From NCBI GenBank assembly GCA_010909165.1, contig MU008152.1:1-64000 (forward strand): a stretch of 64,000 nucleotides of DNA, written 5' to 3'. Of this stretch, positions 24,371-37,163 are shown in pieces. A model generated the notes under the pieces. It was not told where the DNA came from. It saw nothing but the letters and a program-made list of their open reading frames with translations, and made no database searches. The translations under genes were made by a program, and so were the position numbers. Source of the DNA: Anthoceros angustus (lineage: Eukaryota > Plantae > Anthocerotophyta). The stretch's first letter is position 1. Each line of letters starts with the position of its first letter.

Positions 24371-25227
24371 CCCACCCCGTCTTCCGCTCGCATAGTGTGG
24401 CAATTCCAGTGCAAATGAAAAACACTTTTTTAAGGGCTGTGGACTGCATCCACGAAGTCTCTGTTCGGAAATGTCTGGGACATTCAAGAAGTCGGTTCTA
24501 GCAGGGCGATTGCAAATCCCAAACATGTGTGCTAACTCTAGTACCTACGCAAACTACTTTGATGTACACCTGTTGCAGTCCATCTACGCAGAATTTGTGA
24601 TTGGCAAAAATAGAGGACCGCTCACGAATCAGCCCTCTTTTAGCCTCTTAGCCGTTGCAGGGAGAGAGGAAGAGTTCATTGCATTTGTATTTGTATGTAA
24701 ATCGTACCAGCGTTGGGATAGGGCACCGTACGCGAGCGCAACCACTCGCTGCTCTCAAGCGAGTCCGCATCCCACAGCCACATCCCCTGGATCCGGCGGG
24801 TCCCAAATAATGTACCGCAAGGGACCATTTGCTTTTGGCTACTGTTGGATGATTTTCCAGCCGGGCAGGCGGTCACGCCCACCGCTAGCGGCCTGCCTGG
24901 AGCCCGAGGCATTATATGTCATGTCCGGTTGCAGATTGGGCACGAATTCGACTCGGACAGGATCGTATCATGACGGCCTCTGTGCGCCCTAGGCAAGGGT
25001 GTGGCGACGTTGGGATCCTCATTCGAGCACAAGTTTGAGCGGGAGGCAATTCAGCACCAGGTTTGTCTGCAACCACGATTAGCTGCTTTGATCAGCTTGC
25101 ATTTCAGCAGACAGGATGGATACGTTTGCTGGGTAGGATCGGGTATTGTGGAGCTGGGATTGTTGCCCCTGGCATGATGGTGCAGTGCTGAAGCGCTTTC
25201 CAGGTGTGTGTCGGCCACGTCTGTGCC

Positions 25228-26178
25228 ATGGGGACATTCAGGATGCTGGATGCTGCCAAGGTTCCTGGAGGTGTGGGGTTTGTGGATGACTTGCGCAGCG
25301 GGGGAGGACATTTGGACAGATGCTGGGATGGTTTCTCGCAAACGGGGGTTAGGGCAGCGCAGCTCACTCGCAGACGAAACGGGGGAAGAGCTGGCATGCA
25401 TTGTTCCCCTAGTTCTGGCCCTTCCGCTTCTTTGGCATTGCGAAAGCGCCGTGGTCAATTGACCCAATGGCAAGCAGACGTTGGCCCAAGGCTGCTTGCG
25501 CTGTGTTGTGTGCGAGGGAGCTCGGCGCCGGGTGCTTTGGCTTCTGAAATGTCTACCACAATGGCCGGAGGCGCTGGAGAGGGCAGAGTCGAGGAAAGGA
25601 CCTCCACTGCTAACGCAGTGCCAGATACTCCTCTGGTGGCCCAGTCCAAGTTGCTTAGAAAGCTCAGTGATGCCAATCTGTGCATCAGGCAACTTCGCAG
25701 GGAATTGCAGGCAAGGGATGAGACCATTGCAGATTTTAAAGCGCAGATTGTGGCACTGGAGCTTGAGCTCAAAGCCTTGGCAAGGATATCACTCGAAGTT
25801 GCTACCGCTGGTGCCTTGCCTGGTACACGAAAGATCAACGGCCGATATCTTCAGTCCCATCTTGCCTTCCGTCTGGAAGAGATCCACAGTGGATTGCTTT
25901 CACAAATCCGTGAGGTGGAGGTGGTTCGTGACATAGAACTTGTGTGGATGGGTATGGCTGAATCAGTGCAAGTGATGGGATCCTTCGATGGATGGACCGA
26001 CGGTGTTGAGATGTCTCCACTGGTGACAGGGGCCTACACAAGGTTCGTAGGGACTCTTAAGTTACCTCGAGGCAGGTACGAAGTCAAATTCTTGGTGGAT
26101 GGAGAATGGCAGCTGTCTCCCGAATTACTTGTCGTAGGAGAGGGTTTGGCTTGCAATAATCTTCTGGTTGTGGAATAA
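25228..26178 (+). CDS. PTST1: PROTEIN TARGETING TO STARCH 1-like (plastid transit peptide, coiled coil, CBM48); single exon
   Basis: GTRKINGRYLQSHL, WMGMAESVQVMGSFDGW, GRYEVKFLVDGEWQLSPE..VGEGLACNNLLVVE match the PTST1 C-terminal CBM48. Uninterrupted ORF. Confidence 0.93.
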   Translation: MGTFRMLDAAKVPGGVGFVDDLRSGGGHLDRCWDGFSQTGVRAAQLTRRRNGGRAGMHCSPSSGPSASLALRKRRGQLTQWQADVGPRLLALCCVRGSSAPGALASEMSTTMAGGAGEGRVEERTSTANAVPDTPLVAQSKLLRKLSDANLCIRQLRRELQARDETIADFKAQIVALELELKALARISLEVATAGALPGTRKINGRYLQSHLAFRLEEIHSGLLSQIREVEVVRDIELVWMGMAESVQVMGSFDGWTDGVEMSPLVTGAYTRFVGTLKLPRGRYEVKFLVDGEWQLSPELLVVGEGLACNNLLVVE

Positions 26179-26429
26179 GAAATTTCTGAAGTCTAAGTTC
26201 TCCCCCACTTGTGATGTTCTCCAGCTGTGCTGGGATTGATCCAAAGTCTGTTTGCTGTTCAGCACTTCTTGCACCCCGGTTGTGGTACAATTAACATCTA
26301 CAAAACTGGCATCTGAAAACTGACTACTTATCTTTAAAATTGGGGTAATTCTCCAGTCACTGAGGTCAAAGTAGAAAAAGTAAGGTTTATATACCGACAT
26401 GCAAGGTCAGCCTCCGAGTTCAAGAGGTT

Positions 26430-29400
26430 TCAGCACATAGAAATCCATGACCGGAACCGGTCCACAAAAGACTCTATAAAGCCTTCACAATTGGCGGTAT
26501 ACTCTTTAACTACTACCCCGTGCTTGGACTCAAAGGTGTTCGCCTGCATACCGCATGAAGCTTAGGGGATTGCACATGCTATACCCAACTTGGACGTTTT
26601 CTGCTCCGAAGAAGTTACCTGTAGAAAGAAAGGTCTCGGAGTCTTCCTCCCAATAACGATGTTCCTGAATGCGAGCAAATAATCCGGCACCTTCGTGATC
26701 TACAAAACAAGACATGCAAGGGCTTTGTGATTGTGCATAACATAGCGCCCTCCACCGTTTCAGTAAGTGGAGTTGATCATACCTTGTCATACAGAAAATT
26801 TCCGCTGTCTACATCAGCAGTGGACTTGTAGACTTGTAACCGTGTCAATAGTTCAGTTATTGCCGGCACACCCACGGATTGTATTTTGTCCCGCTCGATT
26901 AGGATCAAAGCGTCATCATCTCCAAGCTTGTGGAGCTGCAAAAAGGGAATACCTCTGTTTCCGGTAGACCTCTGCTGCTTTACCACCTCCTGTGCCGATG
27001 CTGCGAGCAGAACCTGAAGGATAGCGAACCTTGCCTGCAAGAAAGTTGTGCTGTCAAAAATCCACTTGAAAACCGAAGCACAGTGCTCACCTGCGACGCA
27101 TGCCGTCGAATGCTTCAAATGTTACACAGGTAAAGGGAGAAGTCTAGAATCAACACCGACCTGCATGTGTGCTTGTCGCCATGTACAAGTTTGAGGAGCG
27201 TAAAATTCAAGCGCTAACAAACCGGCTCTGATCTGCGCAGCAGAGAAGGTAAGCAGAGAACAATGAGGTGACGCACAAAGCGGAAAACTTCGCAAGTATT
27301 TCAACGCACCATAATCAGCCAGGTTGTATACATAACTTCGTCGGCGTCTGAGCCCGAATGACCCAAGATGTTGAGAACCTGTAGTTGCGATTGTCACCAG
27401 TCTAGCTACATCCATCCTAAGGGTTCCATCCCAGCGACCCAAAGAAACCTCATCGGATCCATACCTCCAGATTAGCAGAGAAGAAGATTCCTACACACTC
27501 AGCCCTGCACTCTTCATATGAGGAGCTATTAGGGCCGAACACCGTATCCCACGTTTCTCCAGGGCCATAGCATGAAATTACTGCCTCGTCTGTGAACGGA
27601 TGGATTACCTTGCAAGGTGAAGGATATACATTCAGTCACGAATGCTCAAAGACCGGACAATTCATGTTCTGAAATCATAAGATGAATCCAAGCCAGGCAT
27701 CTAAAGCAGACCATTTGTAGATGCACACTTACTTTCCCATGGTCATAGTTGTACGAACCATCCTGTTGCTTAGAAAAAAGCTTTCCGGAGCCATGGCCTA
27801 GTAGTTCATGACAAGCAACCTGAACCAACATTGCATCTGCTTTGCGGCGTCTGAAAAGTTCCCTGTCGTCCTCTTTCAAAAACGGTACCTGTCAGTAGAC
27901 AACTATGACGAACGGAGTTCGCAGATTCACGTGTACAGTCTAGGAACTACCAAAAGGACAGCCTCAGGAAGACTATGGCACCGTAGTAGTGTCTTCAGGA
28001 TCCGTCACAAGTAGCACGTTGAAGTACACAATGTTCTTGAAACCAATCGACTGCAACAATTAAAGTTGTCAGCCTAGGGGTTAACACCAAATAAGAACCT
28101 GGAGCTCAGAACCCACAAGATTGGACCCAAGAAGTTGAAACTGTTGCAAGAGTTCGATTCGCTACCACCAGCACACCTGTCTGACGTCCGGGTAATTCGG
28201 GATATTCACTCCACCTGGTATAATGCCGTTGGCGAAAACTAAAAGCTGCAAGAGGTCACAAGTCAAAACTAAGAGATAGAAATACCTTGAGATGGAATCA
28301 GAAGGCAAAGCAGGTGGATATAGCACTCACGTTAAGGGCCAAAAAGTCAGGCTTGTGCCACTTTTCATTCTCAAAGTCCTTCGGCCAGGGTAAGAGCGGA
28401 AGAAAGGACTCGGCAGCATTTGCAAGGGCTGTAAACCTTCCCGTTTGCTCCTGCACAAGCAGCCGGACTAATTATCATCTTACCGCCGATGGACACTACA
28501 GTCCCTTGTGGAGCTAGTCTGTGAAAGCTGCTGATCACCTCGTTCACAATGGCGACATATCCTTCAAATTCAGCCCTAAGACCAAGAGGGTCACGATAAG
28601 TCTCTGTAAACCTGCAGCAAAGTCGCTAGACCGGCTTGATAGATTAACATAACGCATTTATCCTCCAGATGGTCTAAATGACAAGATGATATCAATACCC
28701 TACACTATGAAGGTTTTAGGTGCAGTCAAACCCCATGTTGGCATCAACGGGAGATTTGCCGTAAATCCAAAATTTCTGAGCTTCTTTATGGGCGTTGATG
28801 GAGCCTGTCTCGAAGGACGTTATGAGACTGCCACAACACGAGGAAGTTCGTCTCTCAGAAACTAGCAGGAGTTGGCCTGGCAGGCGCACCTGGTGTCCTT
28901 AAGGACTCAGTAATTACTTTAGCAGTTCGGCTCGCTGGTTATCATCAGTTGCATACAGTAAAGCCTCCTTCAGATGTATTACTACTTCACTGAGGTCGTC
29001 CATGTGATCTCCGAAGACCAAATGCACGAAGAACTTACCCTGCACAAGTCAGCTTAGGGTTAAATTACGCTAGTATATTATTTGTTTAACAAAAGGAAGA
29101 ACGAAATACAAAACTGTTTGACACTTCAAGCATTTGGTGTGGGGGTCACCTCGTGTTCAAACGTCTGCGTCGGGTGTTTGATGGATGATGCGATGAGAAG
29201 ATCGTACTCCGGAAGTCCCTTATCTCCTGAAGATGTGGGATGTCTTTTTTTCAACCGCGTGTTCCATGCCTCTATCCCTTTGGTGAACATCCAGGCCTGA
29301 AGCAACAAACAAAGTGCACGGATTATCTAGAGATAAGGCAACGCAAGCACTGCTCAACAGCAAGAGAAGAGTAAGGCGTGCTGCCTGAACAGCGTAGACT

Positions 29401-30813
29401 TCGTCCTCGGTGATTCCCCCCATATAATACATAGTGACGCCCTTCGGTGGAAGTCCGAGCTGCCTCTCACCTTATCAGTTTCAAGAGACTATATTTAGCA
29501 CCTGGTCCTCATCCTCTCTACGACTCTGAGCAACGAAAGTTTGACATAGCTGGACATGAGCGATGGCAACGTTATACGCGTGTAACCTGGTTCCAGAGAA
29601 TAAATCTTGTGCCTGGTTAACTCCCATAAATCAAGTAACCTGCGATTTCTCTCACCATCCTGTAATCACGATAGGAGAGTCAGCGTTTATGATCAGTCTA
29701 CAAGCTTCACCATGGATCCTTCAGCCGGTGCTCCAGGATTTGGCAGCTTACATCCAGTCTGCAAAATCTGAGGATCTGGTCCAACTCGTCCTCTGGCAGT
29801 CCTGGGATAAATTTGCTGTCTCCAAAAGCGAGGTAGTTACCTGAAAAAAGCAATATCGTGACATGGTGCAAGAGTTGAGAAGGCAAGCACCAAAGCTCCT
29901 CCTGATCTGGCCCAACAGTAATGCTACAACTTGCCAACCTGCTATTCACACTGTGCAAAGGAAAAAGCTTTTCCCAACTAGCAGTTCTGGTTCACTCATG
30001 CCATTAACTTCATGAAGCTCTAGAAGCGTCAATTATTCTGTACACAACCATATGCATGTGCACAGGCCGGAATACATAACATACCCATGTTTGCCAGGAA
30101 GCAGGTAGCGTACGCAATGAAGCTCTCCCAAGACTCCCCCTTAATCCCAGCTGCAAGGCATGCCGCTTTCAGATCTGGCGCCCTCCTTTCAGAGAAGGCC
30201 AGCAACAGGATCTTGAGTATCCGCGGGCTTTCCTGCGCAGAACATGCGACGGCAGACTGTCCATCACGGAAGGCATTAAAGCTTTGGCCTGGAACAATTT
30301 CATCTACATGCATTATTCAGAGCCGGGCCGTCATGCAGAGCCTCCTCGGAGTCCCGGAGGCATAAAAGTTTCAAGCATTCAACTGGCTGTGGCCGCCGCT
30401 CGCCAGCTCCTCCTCCCTGCGTAACTGGATCGCGCGACTCCAAAATAAAAAGCTTTGGCCAGCCGGGAGCTCACCTCGGAGAGCTGAGTGGCGCAGATGC
30501 GGGAACCAGCCCACGCCGCTCGTGCAAAATGGTGCGAGTAGTACTTCTGCTGCGTGGTCCGCCTGGCCCAGTCGTCCTTGCAAGTGACAAAGCCGATGTA
30601 CAGATCCCGGGGAACAACATGGTATTTCCTGACGTCGTCGTAGGGAACGTTGCGATTTCCTGTAAGCAACAGGGATCCCCATCCGGCGGACAGCCTCGCG
30701 TTGTCCTCGGCCAGGTTCCGCTCCAGGTCGGTCTCCTGCCTCCTCCGCTTATCCGGCGGGCTGTCCCGGCCGCCTCCCGCCGAGAACATGCTGCCTCCGG
30801 ATCCTCCCTCCAT
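26430..30813 (-). CDS. DPP3: Dipeptidyl peptidase III (peptidase M49), multi-exon, canonical HELLGH type
   Basis: QVACHELLGHGSGKLF (HELLGH at 27793-27810), SSYEECRAE (~27498-27524), YSHHFARAAWAG, GNYLAFGDSKFIP, RLQVYKSTAD. Last exon ANTF..VKEYTANCEGFIESFVDRF ends with TGA at 26430. GT-AG introns. Confidence 0.93.
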
Positions 30814-31404
30814 TTTCGTTTGCTTCTCCGGCGCAGCAGCCTCTCAAAATCGATCATCAATCTCACGGTGAAGCGCCCGTCTGCGGCTGGCCGCGAGCAC
30901 GCCCCGCCCTGACATGCAGCAACGATCCATGTCCTCGGACAAGGACGGACAGCGATAGGACCTCCGCTGAGCTGTCTGCACATAACAGCTCACGGCCTAA
31001 CAGACCAGTAACAGCCTGCCCGAGGCCGCCCCAGTTTGAGGGCGACGGCAGTCGTGGCCCGAAGCGAACTGCTCACGGCCCTGCGGAATGTGATGGGGAT
31101 TCCCAATAAGAACAGATTTAAACTGCATGGGGCTTACAATCCACGCAACGGCTTTTGTTCTTTAGGCTTGGCTGCCAAGTTCACGCGTTGTTCTTAGGCT
31201 GGCAAGTTCACCCTTTATTCATAGGCTGCCAAGTCGGTAGAGGCGGTAGTCGTGGCCCCTCGTGAATTCACGCAGATGATGCCGCTCTGTCCTCAACGTC
31301 CAAATCGGGTTCTGACGTGTCTGGAAGAGGAAGTGGAGATCATCCTTCTGATATGGAAGGGTGGCGGGAAAGCCCGGACGCGGAGGACCTCGGCCAGTCA
31401 GAAT

Positions 31405-31445
31405 CTCCATTGAGGATCGAACTGGAAATCTTCAGTTTAGTGACA
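31405..31445 (-). pseudogene. Degenerate partial tRNA-Thr copy (T-arm and variable region)
   Basis: CCATTGAGGATCGAACTGGAAATCTTCAGTTTA resembles CCACTGAGGATCGAACTCAAGACCTTCAGTTTA of the intact tRNA 135 bp away. Confidence 0.6.
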
Positions 31446-31536
31446 GAATTATTGAGGCGGAGATACCGGACGGCGTTACGTCGCAACTTCAAGTTCAATG
31501 AATAAAACTGGATCACCACGCCCAGGGCATGGGTAG

Positions 31537-31608
31537 TGCCCCCACTGAGGATCGAACTCAAGACCTTCAGTTTACAAGACTGACGCTCTACCACTGAGCT
31601 ATAGAGGC
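31537..31608 (-). tRNA. trnT-UGU: tRNA-Thr (anticodon UGU)
   Basis: Reverse complement GCCTCTATAGCTCAGTGGTAGAGCGTCAGTCTTGTAAACTGAAGGTCTTGAGTTCGATCCTCAGTGGGGGCA: 72-nt cloverleaf with A and B boxes and anticodon TGT. Confidence 0.95.
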
Positions 31609-32398
31609 ACGGAATGTCCGACACGAAGTCTCTAACCTTCTTCATCGCCCCAATGCACTTCTACCAAATCTCGACAGCCGCAGCGTCGTCCACATGGCCA
31701 GCATCATTTGCTTCCGCAGCAAGACTCGCATTGCAACAAGGTTAGGACGAAGGTAGCTGAGGTTCAGACGACACCGGAGGTGGCACACATCGATGGACGT
31801 TGGAACGAAGAAGCGGGTCAAGCGCAACTTTTGCTGCGGAAGGAGTTGACGCATGCATACCGTGGGCGTGCGGTCCTATGGTTGCCTGTGTGGAGGCGTG
31901 GCCTGCCTGTGTATATACGGCAACAGAAAGCTCAGCGTGCCAAGCTTGATGAAGCCGGTTGCAGTCCATGACATCCGATTCAGTTGAACCGCAGCACGTC
32001 GGAATAATAATTGACACGGAATGCTCTCATGTCTTGTCCGTGCCGAATGCAGTTTGCAGAGTGTGTGATGAGCTTCGTGTGGACGTCCAGTAGGACCTGC
32101 TGGCTTGATTGCGGAGTCAATGCTGAAAATGTGGCCACCACGATCCGGTAGGATCCTACAGTTCGGTAGGATCGCGCACGGGACCTCGCTTCGGGCCCGG
32201 GGTAGGTTTTCAACTTTCTCTCCTACTTGGAAGTATGTACTAGGTACGTTGTGGGGCTTTATACAAAGGTAATCGCATAGAATATCACACACCAGATAGG
32301 CCAGTGCACTCACAAACACACGTGTTCCAAGGGTTAGGGTAGTGATCCATTTCCATGCCACATGGTCTTGACTGCAGAGTTCTTATCCATTCCCACGC

Positions 32399-32873
32399 TA
32401 GGGGACTGTCCCATTAAGGGAGGTGTCTTGATTGTATTTTCCCTTTTTAAAAATAATATAAATGTTGTAAACTTTAAAACAAATAAAAAATATCCAAATT
32501 TTTTTTTTTAATTTTGATTGATGGGTTTCACTAAAAATAACTTTTATCAGTTCTTTATATAGTTATTTGAAAGCTAGTTCTCTCTCTAAGCAGCATCAAA
32601 AAACCTCTACCTATCATAAAGGAAAAAGCTTAGCTTAAGAGTCTTCAATCACATCTAAAAGTCTATTGTGCTTTGAAATAATGGATTCTTTTTTCTTTCT
32701 TTTTTTTAAATTTTTTTAGTAAAACAATTAGAAATCCCATTTAGGGAGGTCCCAATTATCATTTAGGGGAAAGTCCCATTTGTTACATTGTAAACTAAAG
32801 GGAGTAGGATGGGAGGTCCCATTTAGAGACGAATCCCATTTATAGAATTCCCAATTAGGGGGGGCCGACTGTA
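32399..32873. mobile_element. MITE / Tc1-mariner-like non-autonomous remnant
   Basis: AT-rich core, repeated (T)CCCATTTAGGG(G) subterminal motifs, and a right end GGGGCCGACTG|TA (CAGT terminus plus TA). The left end is not intact. Confidence 0.5.
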
Positions 32874-33576
32874 TATACATTCCCAGACTGGGATGCACAT
32901 GCATGAAATCTTATTGAATACCAAGTACTACATGTAATTTCATTGGTCAGTCTTGACAACTCTATATAATCTCATTAAAGAGTCTTGACCCTATTGAAAA
33001 GTCTTCACACCATTACATACATACCCATTGAAAAATCTTCACATCGCTGCTATGTAAGGATTCAAGCCTTATTAATATTTTGTCTTAAAATATAAATAAT
33101 TTAATAATTCAAAATTATTAATTCATCTTACGTTTTTAATGTTTATTTTACCTTCTGAAATATCAATTAAACTTATACTTCATAAACATCAATTCTTCTA
33201 TAACTGCACGCCAATGTGCTTGTACCTACAATACAAATTTGTTAGGCGCCTATTTTATGACATGAAAGAAAAAGGAACTAACAAGGTGTGCACCAGGCTA
33301 TTGCCCTTTGGTAGGTGAAATAACGGAAGACAAACGACGTGCAGACGAAATGTCGTATTACAAAGTAGCAAAAAGTTCTTGGCAGGAAAACCAACTAGAA
33401 CGGTCGAGATCTCCGCCTACAACATCCAGACCAGAAACGTCTATATCATAGATCTACGGGGGTATACAAGGTTATTACAGGTTTTGCAGACCATATTAAG
33501 TACAAAACTCTTTGAGAGCCAAGAAAACTTCCGAACACAAGGACATCTTAGTGACCGGACACCGGACACCCCGTGA

Positions 33577-36500
33577 CTATGGCTCATAAGACTCAGATCC
33601 TGAAGGTAGGAGACTCTCTGTATAGGAGTTCTCAGACTCAGATGCAAGAATCGGTTGCAAAGCGGGATGGCGGTAGGCAGTATGTACAGATGCAATCATA
33701 CTGTCTTTCAAACCATTCTCCTCGTCTTCCATATCTTTGTTCATCGCCATCTGCACATATCATGCATCACCCGATACATAGCTCAGCAAAAGGGTACACG
33801 GTTGTCCCAAAAGGCCAGAAAAACGACCTGACACTACCGAAAGATAGCTGACTCACAAGCTTAGAGCTCATGGCACCTACCGCAAGGCCTACGAAGACAA
33901 TGAAGTACCGATATACATCGCAAGAATCGATTTCCATACTGAAACGAAAGAGATGAAAATTGCCCTACCTCCGTGGAATACTTTTCAAAAACCGGAAGGA
34001 ATCTTTGTTTGCAGTGTTGATTAAAAAGAAGAGTTAGAATAGGAAGCGGTACACACGCTGAGGATGCCTTGGGAAGGTCCTTTATGCCAAAAATACCAAC
34101 CATGGTGATCTGCATCAAAACCAGCCCTAGAATAATATGTCCATGAATAAGTGGCCAGCATTGTCCCCCGGTCTCGTATGAAGGCTCGTACACATTGAGG
34201 ATCTGAGACACAACAGCACACAAGCATGACACACTTCTTCTTCATGCATGATTCAAGCTGACTTTACGACAGGGGAGGTCTATTGCTACCACAAACTTTC
34301 CAAAAGCAACATACCTGGTTGCGATATACAATAAACCCCAGCAGGAAGTAGACCATCAAGAACGGTAGAAGCAAAGGAGCAACTGGTGTATACATCAACC
34401 CTATGAAGATAAACAGCAACGTATATGGTATAGCGCGGTGATACGCTACAGGTGCAGCATCAGCAACATATGGCTTGTCTCGATCAATTGTGTGCCGTTT
34501 CAAAAAGTTGAAGAATAGGACCCCGGATTGCAAGATCTCAAGGGGAAAGCCAGCCCATCCGGTAGTCAAGATATAGGTGATGTAGAACGTGGCCTGAGGA
34601 AACACATCACACAAAGTATCACCGACCCGAGACAGAAGAAAGATAAATAAGGATAATCTCACTAGTCTCCACTATTGCTTGAGTCTAATGTAGGCAGGTG
34701 ATCCAACAGCAAGAATACATCGAATCCACTCTTCAATCAATCAACAGACTCCACATTGATACTGCTTCCTCATTTTCTCCGATGGCAAGGGACCTTCCTA
34801 ATAAGGAGGAACAAGAGCAAAAGACTTCATAACACCACAGTTGTAAAGCGAGGACATAGCAGAACTTCTGAAGCTAGGAGAAAGGCTTCAACTCACCTGT
34901 CCTGGAATAGCGTAGGCAAGTCGCTCAGGAATTAATTTGGGGTTGCTTAGCCAATTATCGAACAGCTGATGGAAAACAGTTCCAGAAAGTACTGTGGCGA
35001 AGAATACATTTACAAGCAATAGATAGAAAAACCTGTTAATGGTCATTCTTACTTGCCGGCTGTATGATACAGGGCCTTGCAAGTTGGATAAGAACAGCAA
35101 AAACGGTGGAACAAGGTACAGGAAAATGCTGAGGAATAAACTGGGAAGATATCCTGTAACAACCTGGCTCAATCCTGGTCTGCACAGTCAAGGGCCATAA
35201 GTATGAGAACAACAGCGAAAAAAATAAAATCACGAAATTACCTCAACCCTTACTTACTACACTGAACTGTAAAATCTATGCACTGTAAACCCTGGGCACG
35301 ACTTTGGGGAAAAAGGACCACCTCCAATGGACTCACATCAACATAAGCGCATCGACAAGCCCAGGAAACCAGTTTTGAAGATTTTTCAGCTCAGCAAGGC
35401 CTTGCACGAAAGCGGCTGGTCCAGCGTAGAAAATAATAAGGAGGATAACAGCTGTCCACACCAAGATTGAACGGATGCCAAGTTGCAAGTATGGTATTGA
35501 AAGGTTGGACCAGAGGACATCTCTAGGTTCTGGCGCCCACTCTGTGACCCAATGCAGTGGATTCATGGATTGCTGTGTCTGAGCAGCAACAGCCGCACCC
35601 CAACGAGATTTGAAGGTCACAAATGCTGCAGGCAATTCCTGCCATTTCCCCATCAAATCAGAATGGAGGTTTTAACTGCAAGACAGAACACATGCAAAAG
35701 CTGACAAAGAGTTTTGTACACACCTGCTTTTTCTGCAGAAATAAGGTTTGACTTTCCCTTATCTCTGTATGCAACCTATCAAGTCTTCTAGTCTCTAGCT
35801 CAGCTGCATCAACTTTTTGACCATATAAACCTAAGACACCCTCGCGCCTCTTTGGTCGTTCACTTGGCGGCTTCTTCTTCAGCTCCTCGATGCTTTTTAC
35901 CACTTTTTTTAGCTCAGTCTATTTGCCCATGGAAGAAGATGTCACGAAACTGGAGGTTTTGACAGAAGCAGACAAACTGGGAACTGGAGACACCAAATGC
36001 TTAAGCTCACCAGCATAGCCTCCACTCTCCCCGCATGATACACCATCTGATGTGATAAATAAGTTGAAGGATGATACCGAGTGAAAAACTCTTCCACTGT
36101 GTCACTGTACGTTTTGTCATCAACTTGAGGAACTGCACGGACAAGAACACTAAATTGGTCTGGTTGAGGCCTGGCTGCTGCGAGATATATGTGCCTTTGT
36201 TCAGCAACGTGCTTATATTCCTGCAGTACAACAATCTCACATTCATTTGAGCTGGCAAACAAAGTACAAATTTATGTTGAACACGTGGTCAGCTAATCAA
36301 CAGTTCCTTTCTTGAATATCCAAATACAAGTAAGCAGGGAAAGAGAGGCAGGACACGCAGCTTTGTCCCATACCAGATACAGAAGGATGTATGCAGCAAA
36401 CGATATTGCATACACAGCAGCAAAATGTACCCACAGCCTACATCAGAAGAATGTGAAGTACCACGGCAACCTTGCTGTAAGCAATTCCCCAAGGAAGATG

Positions 36501-37163
36501 TAACCTATACAAAATAGAACATTTGAATGACAAGAAACAGAATCAAGTGCAGACAGTACGCTTCTTCTATCCTTTGGTGGCCATTGGACATACCGGCCGG
36601 CCCCGCTCTTCACATTAGAAATAGAGAAAGCATCTATAGCAGCAAAGAGAAGGTCCCCATGATCTTCCTCCAGCTGGTTATCCGTAAAGTTAAGTGGGAC
36701 GAGTACGAATAGGCCAATTATCGAGCATATTCCAAAAAAACGCAGGCTGCAGAAAGAGGAGCAATCAATCCACAGTCTGCTGGACCCAGAAGCATCCCCT
36801 CATGCAGCATAGGGGCCATCTGCCACAGCAACACGTACTCCAGAAATACAAGGAAAACAGTGATCACGGTGCTGACCTGAAAACGAAGATTCTCAGGAAG
36901 ACAACAGAATCCAAACCGCAGGAAGCTAAAATCTCTTCTTCTGACGGTTGCCATGCTTGTTTGACCCAGCTCACCGAGGGTAACAGGCTGTCAAAGTGAA
37001 AGTCCTCGTCTTGCTTACCTGCATTAGACTCCCTTAATAGATGCTTGGTGAAATATACGCCTGCATTCCCATGTTGCTTTCTGAAGATGGAGTACAACAA
37101 CAGAAAGAGAGCAGCGAAGAGAATGTTGATCCCCGCTGAAGTGGCTAAATCAGATATCTGCAT
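33577..37163 (-). CDS. OSCA/CSC1-like (ERD4/HYP1-related) mechanosensitive/osmosensitive Ca2+-permeable channel, multi-exon
   Basis: MQISDLATSAGINIL..LYSIFRKQ.GNAGVY, GLDSVVFLRIF, PDQFSVLVRAVP, AAFVTFKSRWGAAVAAQTQQS.NP..WVTEWAPEPRDV.WSNL, QATFYITYILTTGW, YRNQ, YETGGQCWP. Last exon ends ...SYEP* at 33577. Confidence 0.95.

Noticed and set aside
23602-24414. 270-aa minus-strand ORF
   Set aside because: Antisense shadow of the PPR pseudogene.
31640-32360. Short ORFs upstream of tRNA-Thr that look gene-like
   Set aside because: No motif I can assign; possibly a decayed fragment but unsupported.
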